DNA of 64,000 bases, from NCBI GenBank assembly GCA_043821645.1, contig JBDRCO010000036.1, positions 1 to 64,000 on the forward strand. Direction: 5' to 3'. Within the stretch, counting starts at the first letter, position 1. Each line of letters begins with the position of its first letter. This document shows, piece by piece, positions 41,501-51,322 of this stretch. This stretch comes from Pseudomonadota bacterium (GTDB lineage Bacteria > Myxococcota > JACRCW01 > JAFGSX01). A program made the position numbers and the translations under genes. The notes beneath the pieces are model-generated. The model was given only the letters and a program-made list of their open reading frames with translations. It made no database searches and was not told the origin of the DNA.

Positions 41501-44500
41501 GCCATCGAGGCCTTCACGGGTTCGGACTTCGCACCCGAGGACATGGGCAGGGTCGTGGCGGCCCGACGGCGGGCGCTGGAGATCGCGCCCGGGCGCGTGG
41601 ACCTCCAGCTGGCGCTGGTGCAGGCGCTGCGCCAGACCGGGGACCACGTCGAGGCAGAGGAACTGGCGAGGACTGCGGCCTGCGCGCAGCCAGGGCTCGA
41701 AGCTCTGGAGCTCTTCAGGGCCTGGTTCGAGGGTCTGGAGTTGGCCGAGGACCCCCGACATGCAGAGACCCTGCGGATCTGGTTGACGCTTGAGCCCGGT
41801 GCACTGCAGCCACGCTGGGCCCTGGTCCGGATCCTCGTCGAGCAACAGCAGCTTGTGGAGGCGGTTGCCGAGCTGCGCTGGCTTGCCGAGAACACCGAAG
41901 ACACCACGTCGCAGGACCAGGCGCTGCACCTGCTGGCAGAGCAGGCCTGGGCAGCCGGGCGTGAAGACGATGCACGCTGGGCTCTGCTGCAGCTGGTGGA
42001 TCGTGCCCGGGACGCGGGCGTACCGGATCGGGAGCTGGAGCTGCTGCAGCAGGTTCTGCGGCGGGCACCGAGTGATAGCGATGAAAAGATCGCGCACCAG
42101 CACCGCCTGGTGACGCTGGCCGGGCAGCTGCAGCTGCCTCAGATAGAGCGCGATGCGCTCCAGGCCATCGAGGACCAGGGACAAGCCAGTGTCGTCGAGC
42201 AGGAACGGCTGGCCGAGCTGTGGATGCAGGCGGGAGAGCGCGCCCGGGCGGCTGCCGTGTTGCTCGCGGCAAGCCAGGCTGTGACCGATCCAGAGCGGAT
42301 CGCGGTCCTGCTGGAACGCTGGGCGTCCCTCGGCGTTCCTCTTGCTGTCGACGATGAGCTGGTGGTGCTGGGTCGGTGGGTCGAGGCGGATCCGGACAGC
42401 GTGGATCCAGTTCTGCGGCGGGCCATGCTGCTTTCCGCGACCAATCGCTGGGGTGACGCCCTGCGGGACCTGTGCACACTCGAGGATCGCGAGTTCGACG
42501 ACGAGCAGCGCGAGGTGGTGGATCCCCTGCTGGCCGAGGCTGCGGCGCAATGCGGCGACCTCGACACCGAGTGGCGAGCGCGCACCCGCGTGGCGGAGTA
42601 TCAGCCCACGGCGCAGGCACTCGAGGCTCTGGCCCAGGTTCAGGCCCGACGGGGCATGCCTGCGCAGGCCAGCGAGACCCTGCTGCAACTCGCGCAGCTG
42701 CAGGACTTGCACGGTGGGGTCCTGGCCGAGGTGCTCGGGCGCGCAGCCTCATTGCGTGAGGTGGCCGATGACCTGCACGGTGCGCTCGAACTCCTGCTCC
42801 AGGCCGCAGCAGCTGCGACCCCACCGGATGCGGTGCTTGAACGCGCCGCCGAGGTCACACAACGCCTGGATGACGAGCCCGCGCAGTTGAGCCTCGACCG
42901 AGCTGCCGAGGACCTGGCCCCGGGCTGGGGCGACGCTGCGGCGCGACGGACGCGCCTGCTCAAGCAAGCGCTGTTCGAACGCCGCGTGGACGAGGCGCGG
43001 CACTGGACGCAAGCGCTGTGCGAGCTTCAGGTCGACACCGACACCCTCGTCGACCTGGCGCACCTGGCGGGTGAGTCCGAGGCCAGTGAGGTCGAAGAGA
43101 TCCTTCTCGAGTCCATCATCGGATTGCCGGTGGCCGACAGGCAGGCCAGTGTTGGCGCCTATCGCCGGAGGGCTGAACTCCACGAGGCGCAGGCGGATAT
43201 CGCCGCAGCCACCGAGGATCTGTGGCAGGCGGTGCAACAGGGTGACACAGACGCGGGGGCGCAGGACCACCTGGTGGACTTGCTCCAGGGCGCCGGGCGG
43301 CACGCGGACGCGCGCGGGCTCCTGTGCGAGCTGGCGGAACGCGACGCCTCGCGCGAGCGTCGTGCCGCGCTGTATCGGCGCTGGTGGGGCCTTGGGGGTG
43401 CCGAGGACGGGGACAGGGTTCAGAGCACACTGGAGCAATGGCTCGATGTCGCTCCAGACGTAGACGTGCCCAGCTGGCAGCTCTATCGCCGGTACCGGGA
43501 CCAGGGTCTGCTCGAGGCTGCGCGGGCACGGCTGGCACACCTGCATTCGCTGTCCGAAGACCCCCAGCGACGCGAGGAAGTCGACCTGGAGCTGGCCGAG
43601 GTGTGCTGGCAGCTTGGCGACGCCGAGGCTTTTGTCGAGGTGGCGTCGGCTCTTGCCACCGCCGGGCGGTCTGATGATCTGATGGGAGAACGGCGTATTG
43701 CTAGCCTGGCGGACCTGGAGCGTTTCGCCGAGGCGGCCGAGCTTTTGGAACTACGTGCGGCCTCCCGGGACGGGGACGAGCAGCGTCGGGAGGACCTGCT
43801 TCGCGCCGCGGAGCTGTGGCGCGATGGGACAGATCATCCCGAGCGCGCCCTGAAGATCTTCAGGGTCCTGTATGCCGAGCGCAGCCAGGACCGGGCGCTG
43901 ATGGCTGCGACCGTGGAGCTGCTTGAGATCTGTGGTCAGCATGAGGAGCAGGCGACCGTGCTGCAAGGTGCAGCAACGCATGCCACGGGCCTCGAGCGGC
44001 GGGAACTGCTGCGGCGCGCCGCGGAACTTCGCGCAGTCGAGTTGCAGGACCCGCACGCGGCGGCGGATCTGCTGGATGTGCTGGTCGAGGAGAATCCGCA
44101 GGAGGTGGCCCTTCGCAGCTGGCGTCTGCAGCTCCTCGAGCTTGCACGAGATGCGCCGCGTCTGGCCCAGGCGCTGGCCCGGGATCTGACTGCCTTTGTG
44201 GTCGCGGATGCCCAGACCTCGACCGCCCGTCTCATCGCACTGGCGCTGCAGGGTCACATTGCTGGCGAGGAAGCTGTCGCGGCTCTCGAAGCCTGTGGCG
44301 GTTTCGCGGGCACCGAGATCGCGGACCTGGCTGGTCTGTCCTCCCTGGCGCTCGGCATCAGCCGGGTGGACCTGGTGCATCAACTGATCCTGGCAGCCCT
44401 CACCAAGGGCGATGTTGCGCTGGCACTCGACCTCGAGCTGCGCAGTGCCTCCGTGTTCAGGCAGCGTGGTGACGAGGATTCGGCCCTGGCTGCCGAGCAG

Positions 44501-47500
44501 CGGGTGCTGGAGCAGGAGCCTTCGCGCGTCGAATTGCTTCCGGCAGTTCTCGCCTGGCACCAGCGACATGGCCGCGACGATCAGATCACACCCCTGCTAC
44601 AACGTTCCCAGCCCTTCTTGCACGACCTCCAGGCACTCCAGGCGCAGGTCCACCTGACCTCGCTGCGTGCTCGCCACGGAGACCGCAGCGGTCTGGTCGT
44701 GGCTCTGCACGAACTGGCCAGCGCCCAGCAACGCCCCGCACAATGGCGTGCCCTCGTGATGGCAGCCCTGGCCGCCGGCGACCAGGAGCGGGCCTGGACC
44801 GCACTTTCGCGATGGCAGCCTGGGCAGAGCTCGAGCCGGGGAGAGATCAGCGCCTTTGTCGATGCGTGGCGTGTGCTGGCAGTGGCGACCGCGCGCCGGG
44901 AAGGGACCCTGTCGACGGGGAGGGACCCCTCGCTGATGACCAGGCTCCGCGAGGCCGGCGTGGAGCTCGAGGGGTTGGGGACTGTCGAATCACTGGCGCG
45001 ATCGGTCGTGGACCGCAGCCTGGACGATGAGACGGACGAAGCAAGTGCCCGCCGGGCCGTGGCTATCTGTATGGAGCTGCTTCACGATCTCGATACGGCC
45101 CATGCCTTGCTGGACCTGGGTGTGGAGCGATTCACTGCAGCTTCTTCGCAGGCCAGGTGGCGTTTGCGACGGGCGGAATTCTTTGCAGCACGCTCGCCGG
45201 GTGCGGAGCTCCGCGACGATCTTGTGGCCGCCGTGCGGGCCCGGCCCGGAGACGATGCCGTCTTTGCCCGGGCACGTGACCTTGCCTCTGCCAGTGGCGA
45301 CGCCGAATTGCTGGTCGAGCTCCTCGAGGAGCGCGCCGGACAGATGCTGCAGGATGGCGAGTCCTGGCGCCTGCTCCTGCGCGCCGCGCAGGCCGCTCTC
45401 GTCGGCGGCCACCGGGAACGTGCGACCGGACTCGCACGGAGGCTGGCCCCGGTGCCGCGGGGTACCGGTCGCGACAGCCTGGAGCAGGCGTATGCCTTCG
45501 CCAGCCTGGTCGAGGAGCCCTCGCTGGCGCTCGGCGCGCTGCATGGGCTGGTCGAGTGTGATCCCGAAGATGCTTCTGTCGTGCTTGCGACCGCTGCCCT
45601 CGAGGCACGGCACGGCTCCCTCGAGCGTGCCGGGGAACTTGCCCGCCGCGTCACCAGAAGTGATGCCGGGAGTGCCCGCGCCGCCTGGCACATGCTGTGG
45701 CATATCGCCCGGGAACAAGGAGATCCCGAGGCTGCATTGCACGCCATTTCCGAGCTGTGGTTGGCCAGCCCGCAGTCTAGGAGCCTTGAGTCCGAATGGG
45801 TGCATACCGTGCTGCAGCTGGCGCAGCGGATGGGCGACGAGCAGCACAGACCGGCTGACGCAGCACGAGCACTTCTGAACGGTCTCGACCTGCATCCTGG
45901 TTGCACGGTATTGCGAGAACCCGCGGAGCACTGGGCCCGGGAGAGCCAGGATGCCTCGCTCCTGGCGCGGGCTCTGGTGTGGAGGGCCGCCGGTGAGGAC
46001 GGCGATCGCAGAGCCTCGACCCTCGTCGAGGCATCGCGATCGTTGACGGAAGACGACCCGGGTCACAGATCCTTGCTCGAGGCGGCAGTGCTGGCAGATG
46101 GCCGCTGCAGCGAGGCACATCGCGCTTTGGCACGGGACAGCCGACTCGGGCCCCAGGCGCGCCGAGCCCATGCACTGGCCGCCTTCCATCTGCAAGGTCA
46201 GGATCAAGATCTCGAGCTCGCCGCCACACTGGCAGATCTGTCGACGGATGCCGCCGCGCTGCGCGACATCGGCAGGGCTCTGGCATGCCGCGGCGTGCGG
46301 GTTCTCGACGCGCCCAGTCCGCAGCGTGTGCTGGCCGAGGCCAACCGGCTGGAGGCCGAGGGGCGCCTGGCCGAGGCGATGCAGCGGCGTGTGCAGGTGG
46401 TGGTCTTGAACCCAGGTCGTGGTGCCGAGCAGCTTCAGCTTCTCACAGACCAGGGACGGCTGGACGAGCGCGACCGCCTGCTCGCGGCCTGGGCACCACG
46501 GGTATTGCGGCGAGATCAAGCCGTGACCTGGCTGTGGCAGGCGCGGGTGGCGGTGGAGCGAGATGCGGATTCCGACCACGCCGCGACCTTGTTGGCCCGC
46601 GCCCTTGAACAGGATCCGGCACTGTCCATCCCGGAATCGCTGCAGCGCGTGCAGCGTGCGGCGCAGGGAGATCTCGACGAGCAGGTTCGATTGCTCGAAG
46701 ACCGCGCACGCAGGCTGGATGATCCCGCCGCGCTCCTGCTGACCTTGCGTCGTTTGCAACAGATCTACGACGAGCAGCGACCGGATCCTGACGCGTCCTT
46801 GCGGAACCTGAGCCGTCAGCTCGGGCTGCAGCCCACAGACCTGCACATTGCTGACACCCTGGTGCAGCGACTCCAGGCCGCCAAGCGCCCCCGGGAGGCG
46901 GCCCGCGCCGCCTCGAGCTGCATCGAGCACATCCGACGTCTGACGCCGGACACAGCTCCTCTCGTGGCTCGACTCGCCCTTGCCTCGACAGCAGATGAGG
47001 ATTCACCAGGTCAGCAACAGCGCAGTGCGATTCTCGCCTTCCAACTCGGGACAGAGCAGGAGGTTCCGCTGTCCCGGTTCAGCGATCAGGCGATCCTGTG
47101 TGCAGCACTGGCGGGGGCGGCCCAGGGTGGCGACTCTGCGGCGTGGCTCGAGCTGCGGCACCGTGCAGAACAACGCGAGGACACCCTGGCCGCCGTGGCG
47201 GCTGCGGAACTGGCGTACTGCGCCGAACCGTCAAGCGCGATCCGCGACCAGCTCGAGGGGGTGTACGTCGCCAGTCAAGCCTTCGAGCGCCTGGCCCAGG
47301 CCTACGAGCACGAGGTGCAGAGACTGGAGGACCCTGCCCAGCGGGCGTCACTCCTGTTCAACCTGGCCAGCATCTATCTCGAACAGTTGCATCGTCCGGC
47401 CCGCGCGCGCCGCCATCTGCGTGCCGCCACCGCCCTCAGTCCCGAGGACAGCTTCATCCTGCGCTCGCGCGTCGAGGTCGAGCGCCAGCATGGCACCCAG

Positions 47501-50500
47501 CCGGCCCTGGCCGATGCGCTGGAAGATCTCGCGGCCATCAGCCATGCCAGCCAGGCCGCGAGTCTTCTGGTGGAGGCTGGCCTTGCTCTGGTGGAAGCGG
47601 ACGCCGAGCGCGCGGTGGCCTTGCTCGAGCAGTCCGTGCAGACCACGCCGCGCCAGTTCGAGGCGCAGGTCGCCCTCGGTCACCTCTATGAGCGAGCCGC
47701 GAATCTCGAGGCTGCCGTGGTGTGCTACGAGGTGGCCGCGGACCTGGCAACCGAGACCCAGCACACGCAGCAGCTCTGGCTCAAGATCAGTCGGCTGGCG
47801 GAGCACGGTCTCGACGATTCCAGATTGGCCCTGCGCGCATACCTTGCCGCGGCCGACGCAGGCAACCTTCTGGCCCTCGCTTCCGCCGAACGCCTGTCGA
47901 GGAACCTGGATGACAGGGCGGCGCTCGAGCAGGTGCTTGGGCGTCGGGCAGTCGCCACCCAGAACAGCGAGGTCCGTCGCGACCTGCTGCTCGAGCGCGC
48001 GAGCTTGCTCTCGGCCGAGGACCGCGTGCGCGAGGCCCGGTTGATCCTGGACGGGCTGGTCAAGGAGCGGCCGGATGACGCGCGCGTGCTGATTCAAGGT
48101 GGAGGGCTGCTGGAGTCCTGGCGCCTGCGCTCGCCGGCCCTTGCGCTGTACCAGCGTGCCCTGGAGCTTCCCGAGGGTGTCCTGGCCGTCGACGAGCGGT
48201 TTGACCTGGAAAAGCGGACCATGATCCTGCTGGCGGTCGAGGGCGCCTTGCCTCGCGCAGCCATCCTGGCCCAGCGGGTGCTCCAGCGCGAGCCCACATC
48301 TGAACCTGCCCAGGCTGTCCTCGAGGCGGCTGCCCGCGAGATGGGCGATGCTGGATTGCTGTTGCAGGTGGTCGAGGCAAGGCTTCGGCAAGCCGAGGAT
48401 CCGGCCCAGCGTGTGGCGCTGCGCATCGACTATGCCCACGCCCTCGAGCTCAACGAGCAAGCAGAGGTCGCTGCGACGGTTCTGCAGCAGGCCCGGGCCG
48501 AGGAGAGCGAGGGCATGCCTGCGTCGCGAGCGCTGTTCGAGCTCCTCTCACGACACGGGGATGGCACGAGCCTGGCCGAGGTCGCGACAGTGCTGGGCGA
48601 GCGACTCCCCGACGACGAGCAGTGGCCACGGTGGACCTGGGCCCTTGTGGACCAGGCGCGCCAGACCGACAACAGGCCCCAGGCCATGCAGCTGCTGCAG
48701 CAGCTCGTGCGCCGTTGCCCCGAGCAGATCGAGGTCTACGATGCCCTGTGGTCATTGCTCCAGGACAGCCTTGAGCGCAGCATGTTCGTCAACATCGCGC
48801 TGCAAGGCCGCAGACGCGTCCAGGAGCCCGCGGCACGGGCGCGCCTGAGCTGGATCGAAGCCGACCTGCGCATCGAAGCGGACGATGACGCCAGGGCACT
48901 GGAGGCCATTCGCGACGGTCTCGAGGCGCAGCCGGACCATCTGGAACTCCTGCAGGCACTTCGCGGTGTGGCCCAAAGACGTGGCCATCACGAGTGGCTG
49001 GTGCCGGCGCTCGAGGCGGCCATCGCCGCGGTCGACGATGACACGCAGCGAAGGGCGTGGCTGAGCGAGCTGGCCCAACTTCTCGATGGCACGCTGGCAG
49101 ACGAGGGCCGGGCGACCCAGGTCCTGCGGCGGCTTCTCGAGGTCGCACCGGAGGACATGGCTGCGAGACAGCGACTCGGTGCACTGAGGTTCCGGGCTCA
49201 TGCGTACGCCGAGGCCTGGGAGCTGCTGCTGGACGCGCCGGCGCCGGAGGATGCGGGCGAGGCGGCCGAGCAGGGCCTGATGCTCGCCGAATGTGCACGC
49301 AATCTGGGCGACCTGGCGGGCTACGAGCAGATGCTGCGCCGCGCGCTCGAGCATGTCCCGGAACATCGCGAGGCCGCCGAAGCACTCGCGCTCCACCTCT
49401 CGGTCACCGACCGTGGCGATGAGGGTCTGGCCCTGGTTCGCAGCGCCCGTTCCCAGGGTGTCCAGCTGTCTCGAAACGCCGATCTGCACTGGCGCAAGGC
49501 CGAGGCTGAGAGCCTGGCCAGCACGGGCCAGCTCGAGCAGGCGGTCGAACAACTGTGGAGTGTCCACGAACTCGAGCCCCACGACGCGGACGTTCTGCGC
49601 TCGCTGGCGCGTCACCTGCGGATCCTCGATCGACCGACCCAGGTTGCGGAGGCCTTGCGCCGGCTGGCGCCGCTGGAGCGGGAACCCGCGGTGCAAGTCG
49701 GGCGGTACTGCGAGGCAGCCCAGGCCCTGACGGAGTTCGGGGACCTGGTTGGTGCCACCCGGGTCTTCGCCCAGGCCATCGACGTGGACGCGTCCGCTGT
49801 GCGCGCCCTGTCGGGTCTCGCCGAGTGTGCGCTGCGCTTGCACGACGGGCGTCGGTTCAAGGAGTGGGCCGGTCGGCTGCTCGATGTGGATCCGGCGTAC
49901 CAAGGGAGTGCGGCCTTCCATGCGGCCTATGCCGAGGCCCTGCGCGCATCCGGTGCCACCCCGGCAGCCATCCTCAGACAGTTCGATCGCGCCCTCGAGC
50001 AAGCGCCTGCCGACCGCGACGTGCAGCTCCTCGCTCTGGACGTGGCCGAGGCTGCCGGCGACGGACGGCGCCAGGTGGAGCTCCTCGAGACTCTGCTCGA
50101 GAACGCCGACGGCGCCGAGGAGATCCACCTCCGTGCAACCACCGCAGGCAGGGTGGCCCGCGACGTGTTGGGCGACCGGCGTCGGGCCATCGGCTTGTTG
50201 TACAGGGCGCACGCGGCGCGACCAGCGGAGCAGGGCGTCAAGCGCGAGCTGGCGCAGCTCTATCTTGAAGAGCCGAGTATGCAGCGCGAGGCGCGGACCG
50301 CCCTGGCGCAGCTCATCGGAGACGATGCGACCGATGTGAACCTGTTGCGCGATCTGGCGGGTCTCGATCGGGCGCGGGGCGAGTCCGTGATAGCGGACAT
50401 GCTGGACGAACTCGCCGCCTTTGCGGAAGGAGCTGGCCGTTCGTCCGTGGAGCAGCCGCGCTCCTGCGTTCAGCAGCCGGTGGCCCAGGATCAGCTGATG

Positions 50501-51265
50501 CCCCGCGACTGGCCGCGGGCCGAGCACCAGCTCATGCGTACCATCAGCAGCGCTGCCGCAAGCTTGATCGAGGCCACCGGTCAGGTGTCCGCCGTCACGG
50601 AGCCCTTGCGGGAGTCCGACGCCCTGGCGGCCATGGCGCACATCGATGCGGTGGATCGTTTTCTCGCGGGCCCCTCGTTCACCGTCTCTGCACATTTCGG
50701 GGCCGGGCTGGAAGTGCGACCGGGCGCCCGCGAAGTTGCGCTGGGCAGCGATATCCTTGCGAGCGGTGACCTCGGTATGCGGGCGGCCATCGCCGAGGCT
50801 GCGGCCCGGCTCCGCTGGAGCACCCAGCTGGCCCGGGCGTCCCTCAACCTCTCTCTCGAGGGCCTGGTGGGTGTGGTCCTCGACCGGCTACAAATTCAGC
50901 ACCAGCTCCATGTCTCGGATGAGGTCCGCGGGCGCCTGGACGGTGTAGAGATGCAGGGCCTTTCCGCGGCGGCCGCCGATGCCGCCCGCCGTGCTGCTGC
51001 AGGCTTGAGCGCTCCTCTCGACCGGCGACGGCTTGCGGTCTGGCGCGACGTGGCGCGGCAGCTCACGGCCCGGGTGGTGCTCTGTGCCACGGGGTCGGCG
51101 CTCCCGGCCATGGCCATGCTGGCCGGACTGACGATCACCAAGCTGCTCGAGCAAGATATCGAGGCCCGGCGCGCCAGCCTGCGGCGCCGCGAAACGCGCC
51201 TGCTCGCGCAATTCGCAACCAGCGATGCCATGGTGCTACTGGCCAAGGCGGAGCCTTCACGATAA
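35537..51265 (+). CDS. Giant (5242 aa) TPR/alpha-solenoid protein
   Basis: Uninterrupted 15.7 kb ORF with many A...L..L..DP....A...L..LY helical repeats and distinct non-repeat N- and C-terminal domains. Confidence 0.88.
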   Translation: MNPMSTPPGERDRASRPAAEAPPPSIGFALAFEAGRALLRLVDRELAPGIVIRMADFEIPDVSFPLDVSGGADRFQNRRLRLHALHVSLDLKALAPVLASRLARSGVSLTRWRSEQGVLAIEGRVGDALTGGFVAHVGVGALQGLQLQVQVFDTVCLGAASVTPTLVAGALLSALPQGAEQVTATPGACALDLAEHLLQPLLINHGWKRAAFETVDIDFVRVDEDRMDVLARGEIEPSWYASQPRPEAGPALQRAARAMAHEDQLAPLRRLLSQGQVVEAMREARLLADQFTDDDAVIAAALEALSLDPGGVDEARELFDAARGRADLAVLAGAVRLCRNTDERLQVLAELALAAQRLRLTVLTRRAFDAQGWSALQVDRTLDALSAFERALSVGGDDDHVLRGAFESCRALGRLADAVRFGERAMRAANEIDRDLAVAVGELHQALGDGERARRSFRRALREGPRADALLGLARVAAVAQDPTRAVSLLGAAAAAASEAGDRKTFARALAERAHYQLESLDDAAGAFRSAQSALELGANDVDLILVAARAADHLDDALRARELFERALQQDASPLHRAFASYRLGILLLEAGDAEQAEHHLSSAMHMAEDLPAGEEDQLEPGIGAKASEALLRSRAARGDLVARADLYLLEAGRTQEADERAAALLGAARCFHELGSRGAAIERLLDAVEVSPAVAENTPEMQTLIDGADAESLRFMARRLEILVGRPSYALNALRVARALRGQGALEEAEIVLRRALEQGASTIELLTERADIARTRRDLDGLDETLQLLAARDSGQRGLQALVERAALLAGPRGIPSQAVESYEAALARGADPSLLLNLSEALQALGDHSGAIHALDRACASPDATLRVRAARLLSALYEAAGQHHLALAPARLAEAAGEAEDVQRLDDLLERTGQLEELIRRFVIRPEAQKIRRAVELATQERGDWETALEGLTRLSGVDPADAAAVANWLLERSRDASPSTHERVLSTVLELDALPMQQRALQLQRAALLDSELNQGEQAIGLYQEMYAQGVRDRPVLLALRDRWLQQGDEAHALEVAGEISDIDEASGSRDIELLADHRIAGGLALRLGHDALAIRYLERLVEAAQGKDVVVEPPLLPQILQLVDLYATQGQHEDQSRTLARAVIQCRDDASRIDLYKRIAELEEHSLARPELAAQALERVLRLDPGDEEAAGALSKLYEFLDEVSKLVALHRERAGLARVPAQRAALLITAGDAVAATDTRTAARFYHEALDVAPESRAALEHLAQLARREGDHGMAVRGYLHAARAQRDDVAARMLEEAGALLAGLLLRPRFAARVLQRSVALDPTALSSALALIEVARACPEPERAIQVLEWLHQHDDVVLAGRVEAALAQADMLSVAEGDDESAWALYRRVLELDPGNVRALDALLVRAASLGALDTYQQLLEQRLQQPDRHATALRVQAATELLQQDPLAARGYLQAALGDESLDGTELRYVASLARSLDAPELLARALDRQLRANGATSLQERVELLRELASVLDGPLGDPQGAVGALQALLQIAPQDIDGHGALGELLLRLGQSERASPHLDRVLEAASGEELGVHWAAVAALRVGIAEHEGDDALVVKLLLGLSEHHPDNRGLRIRLASALERRGEVAEAARWLERALDLVDERGDRAYLLMRLARMWERAEDPSRAARAYLVVGTLDGAVLDAWRGAHRCAEASGDAELRLQVDRAIEDAAAPVEGERDRRLRLLEAALQAEQGPEVLRWVDALVDDEGAQTWLRSKLPALASLGLGRGVEAVVEHWPDTPEEDAEARQHALGLRARARLASGDTPGALVDLEAVWEHGSGDPQILETICDLNLAAGNKVRARRVLEEGARRSSRPEQAIALLQRWYALAPSAAAEEDRETFELWHRLAPDSRDARIALCDLHHQAGRWVDLEHVAATIPISSLEHDAQARLAWQRAEAAWRLDQVAEAQGDLAQAWHLHPDPEGQDPALILLAIEAFTGSDFAPEDMGRVVAARRRALEIAPGRVDLQLALVQALRQTGDHVEAEELARTAACAQPGLEALELFRAWFEGLELAEDPRHAETLRIWLTLEPGALQPRWALVRILVEQQQLVEAVAELRWLAENTEDTTSQDQALHLLAEQAWAAGREDDARWALLQLVDRARDAGVPDRELELLQQVLRRAPSDSDEKIAHQHRLVTLAGQLQLPQIERDALQAIEDQGQASVVEQERLAELWMQAGERARAAAVLLAASQAVTDPERIAVLLERWASLGVPLAVDDELVVLGRWVEADPDSVDPVLRRAMLLSATNRWGDALRDLCTLEDREFDDEQREVVDPLLAEAAAQCGDLDTEWRARTRVAEYQPTAQALEALAQVQARRGMPAQASETLLQLAQLQDLHGGVLAEVLGRAASLREVADDLHGALELLLQAAAAATPPDAVLERAAEVTQRLDDEPAQLSLDRAAEDLAPGWGDAAARRTRLLKQALFERRVDEARHWTQALCELQVDTDTLVDLAHLAGESEASEVEEILLESIIGLPVADRQASVGAYRRRAELHEAQADIAAATEDLWQAVQQGDTDAGAQDHLVDLLQGAGRHADARGLLCELAERDASRERRAALYRRWWGLGGAEDGDRVQSTLEQWLDVAPDVDVPSWQLYRRYRDQGLLEAARARLAHLHSLSEDPQRREEVDLELAEVCWQLGDAEAFVEVASALATAGRSDDLMGERRIASLADLERFAEAAELLELRAASRDGDEQRREDLLRAAELWRDGTDHPERALKIFRVLYAERSQDRALMAATVELLEICGQHEEQATVLQGAATHATGLERRELLRRAAELRAVELQDPHAAADLLDVLVEENPQEVALRSWRLQLLELARDAPRLAQALARDLTAFVVADAQTSTARLIALALQGHIAGEEAVAALEACGGFAGTEIADLAGLSSLALGISRVDLVHQLILAALTKGDVALALDLELRSASVFRQRGDEDSALAAEQRVLEQEPSRVELLPAVLAWHQRHGRDDQITPLLQRSQPFLHDLQALQAQVHLTSLRARHGDRSGLVVALHELASAQQRPAQWRALVMAALAAGDQERAWTALSRWQPGQSSSRGEISAFVDAWRVLAVATARREGTLSTGRDPSLMTRLREAGVELEGLGTVESLARSVVDRSLDDETDEASARRAVAICMELLHDLDTAHALLDLGVERFTAASSQARWRLRRAEFFAARSPGAELRDDLVAAVRARPGDDAVFARARDLASASGDAELLVELLEERAGQMLQDGESWRLLLRAAQAALVGGHRERATGLARRLAPVPRGTGRDSLEQAYAFASLVEEPSLALGALHGLVECDPEDASVVLATAALEARHGSLERAGELARRVTRSDAGSARAAWHMLWHIAREQGDPEAALHAISELWLASPQSRSLESEWVHTVLQLAQRMGDEQHRPADAARALLNGLDLHPGCTVLREPAEHWARESQDASLLARALVWRAAGEDGDRRASTLVEASRSLTEDDPGHRSLLEAAVLADGRCSEAHRALARDSRLGPQARRAHALAAFHLQGQDQDLELAATLADLSTDAAALRDIGRALACRGVRVLDAPSPQRVLAEANRLEAEGRLAEAMQRRVQVVVLNPGRGAEQLQLLTDQGRLDERDRLLAAWAPRVLRRDQAVTWLWQARVAVERDADSDHAATLLARALEQDPALSIPESLQRVQRAAQGDLDEQVRLLEDRARRLDDPAALLLTLRRLQQIYDEQRPDPDASLRNLSRQLGLQPTDLHIADTLVQRLQAAKRPREAARAASSCIEHIRRLTPDTAPLVARLALASTADEDSPGQQQRSAILAFQLGTEQEVPLSRFSDQAILCAALAGAAQGGDSAAWLELRHRAEQREDTLAAVAAAELAYCAEPSSAIRDQLEGVYVASQAFERLAQAYEHEVQRLEDPAQRASLLFNLASIYLEQLHRPARARRHLRAATALSPEDSFILRSRVEVERQHGTQPALADALEDLAAISHASQAASLLVEAGLALVEADAERAVALLEQSVQTTPRQFEAQVALGHLYERAANLEAAVVCYEVAADLATETQHTQQLWLKISRLAEHGLDDSRLALRAYLAAADAGNLLALASAERLSRNLDDRAALEQVLGRRAVATQNSEVRRDLLLERASLLSAEDRVREARLILDGLVKERPDDARVLIQGGGLLESWRLRSPALALYQRALELPEGVLAVDERFDLEKRTMILLAVEGALPRAAILAQRVLQREPTSEPAQAVLEAAAREMGDAGLLLQVVEARLRQAEDPAQRVALRIDYAHALELNEQAEVAATVLQQARAEESEGMPASRALFELLSRHGDGTSLAEVATVLGERLPDDEQWPRWTWALVDQARQTDNRPQAMQLLQQLVRRCPEQIEVYDALWSLLQDSLERSMFVNIALQGRRRVQEPAARARLSWIEADLRIEADDDARALEAIRDGLEAQPDHLELLQALRGVAQRRGHHEWLVPALEAAIAAVDDDTQRRAWLSELAQLLDGTLADEGRATQVLRRLLEVAPEDMAARQRLGALRFRAHAYAEAWELLLDAPAPEDAGEAAEQGLMLAECARNLGDLAGYEQMLRRALEHVPEHREAAEALALHLSVTDRGDEGLALVRSARSQGVQLSRNADLHWRKAEAESLASTGQLEQAVEQLWSVHELEPHDADVLRSLARHLRILDRPTQVAEALRRLAPLEREPAVQVGRYCEAAQALTEFGDLVGATRVFAQAIDVDASAVRALSGLAECALRLHDGRRFKEWAGRLLDVDPAYQGSAAFHAAYAEALRASGATPAAILRQFDRALEQAPADRDVQLLALDVAEAAGDGRRQVELLETLLENADGAEEIHLRATTAGRVARDVLGDRRRAIGLLYRAHAARPAEQGVKRELAQLYLEEPSMQREARTALAQLIGDDATDVNLLRDLAGLDRARGESVIADMLDELAAFAEGAGRSSVEQPRSCVQQPVAQDQLMPRDWPRAEHQLMRTISSAAASLIEATGQVSAVTEPLRESDALAAMAHIDAVDRFLAGPSFTVSAHFGAGLEVRPGAREVALGSDILASGDLGMRAAIAEAAARLRWSTQLARASLNLSLEGLVGVVLDRLQIQHQLHVSDEVRGRLDGVEMQGLSAAAADAARRAAAGLSAPLDRRRLAVWRDVARQLTARVVLCATGSALPAMAMLAGLTITKLLEQDIEARRASLRRRETRLLAQFATSDAMVLLAKAEPSR

Positions 51266-51322
51266 AAATAAGGGCCGCGGGCTGGTCGCAGGATTCGGCG
51301 GTCCGCACGACGGAGGCCTGTT

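Noticed and set aside
38810-42712. 1300-aa antisense ORF, and similar long ones (1201-3240, 32094-34787, 48752-50695, 50896-53184)
   Set aside because: Shadow ORFs expected opposite high-GC genes; they have no recognisable motifs.
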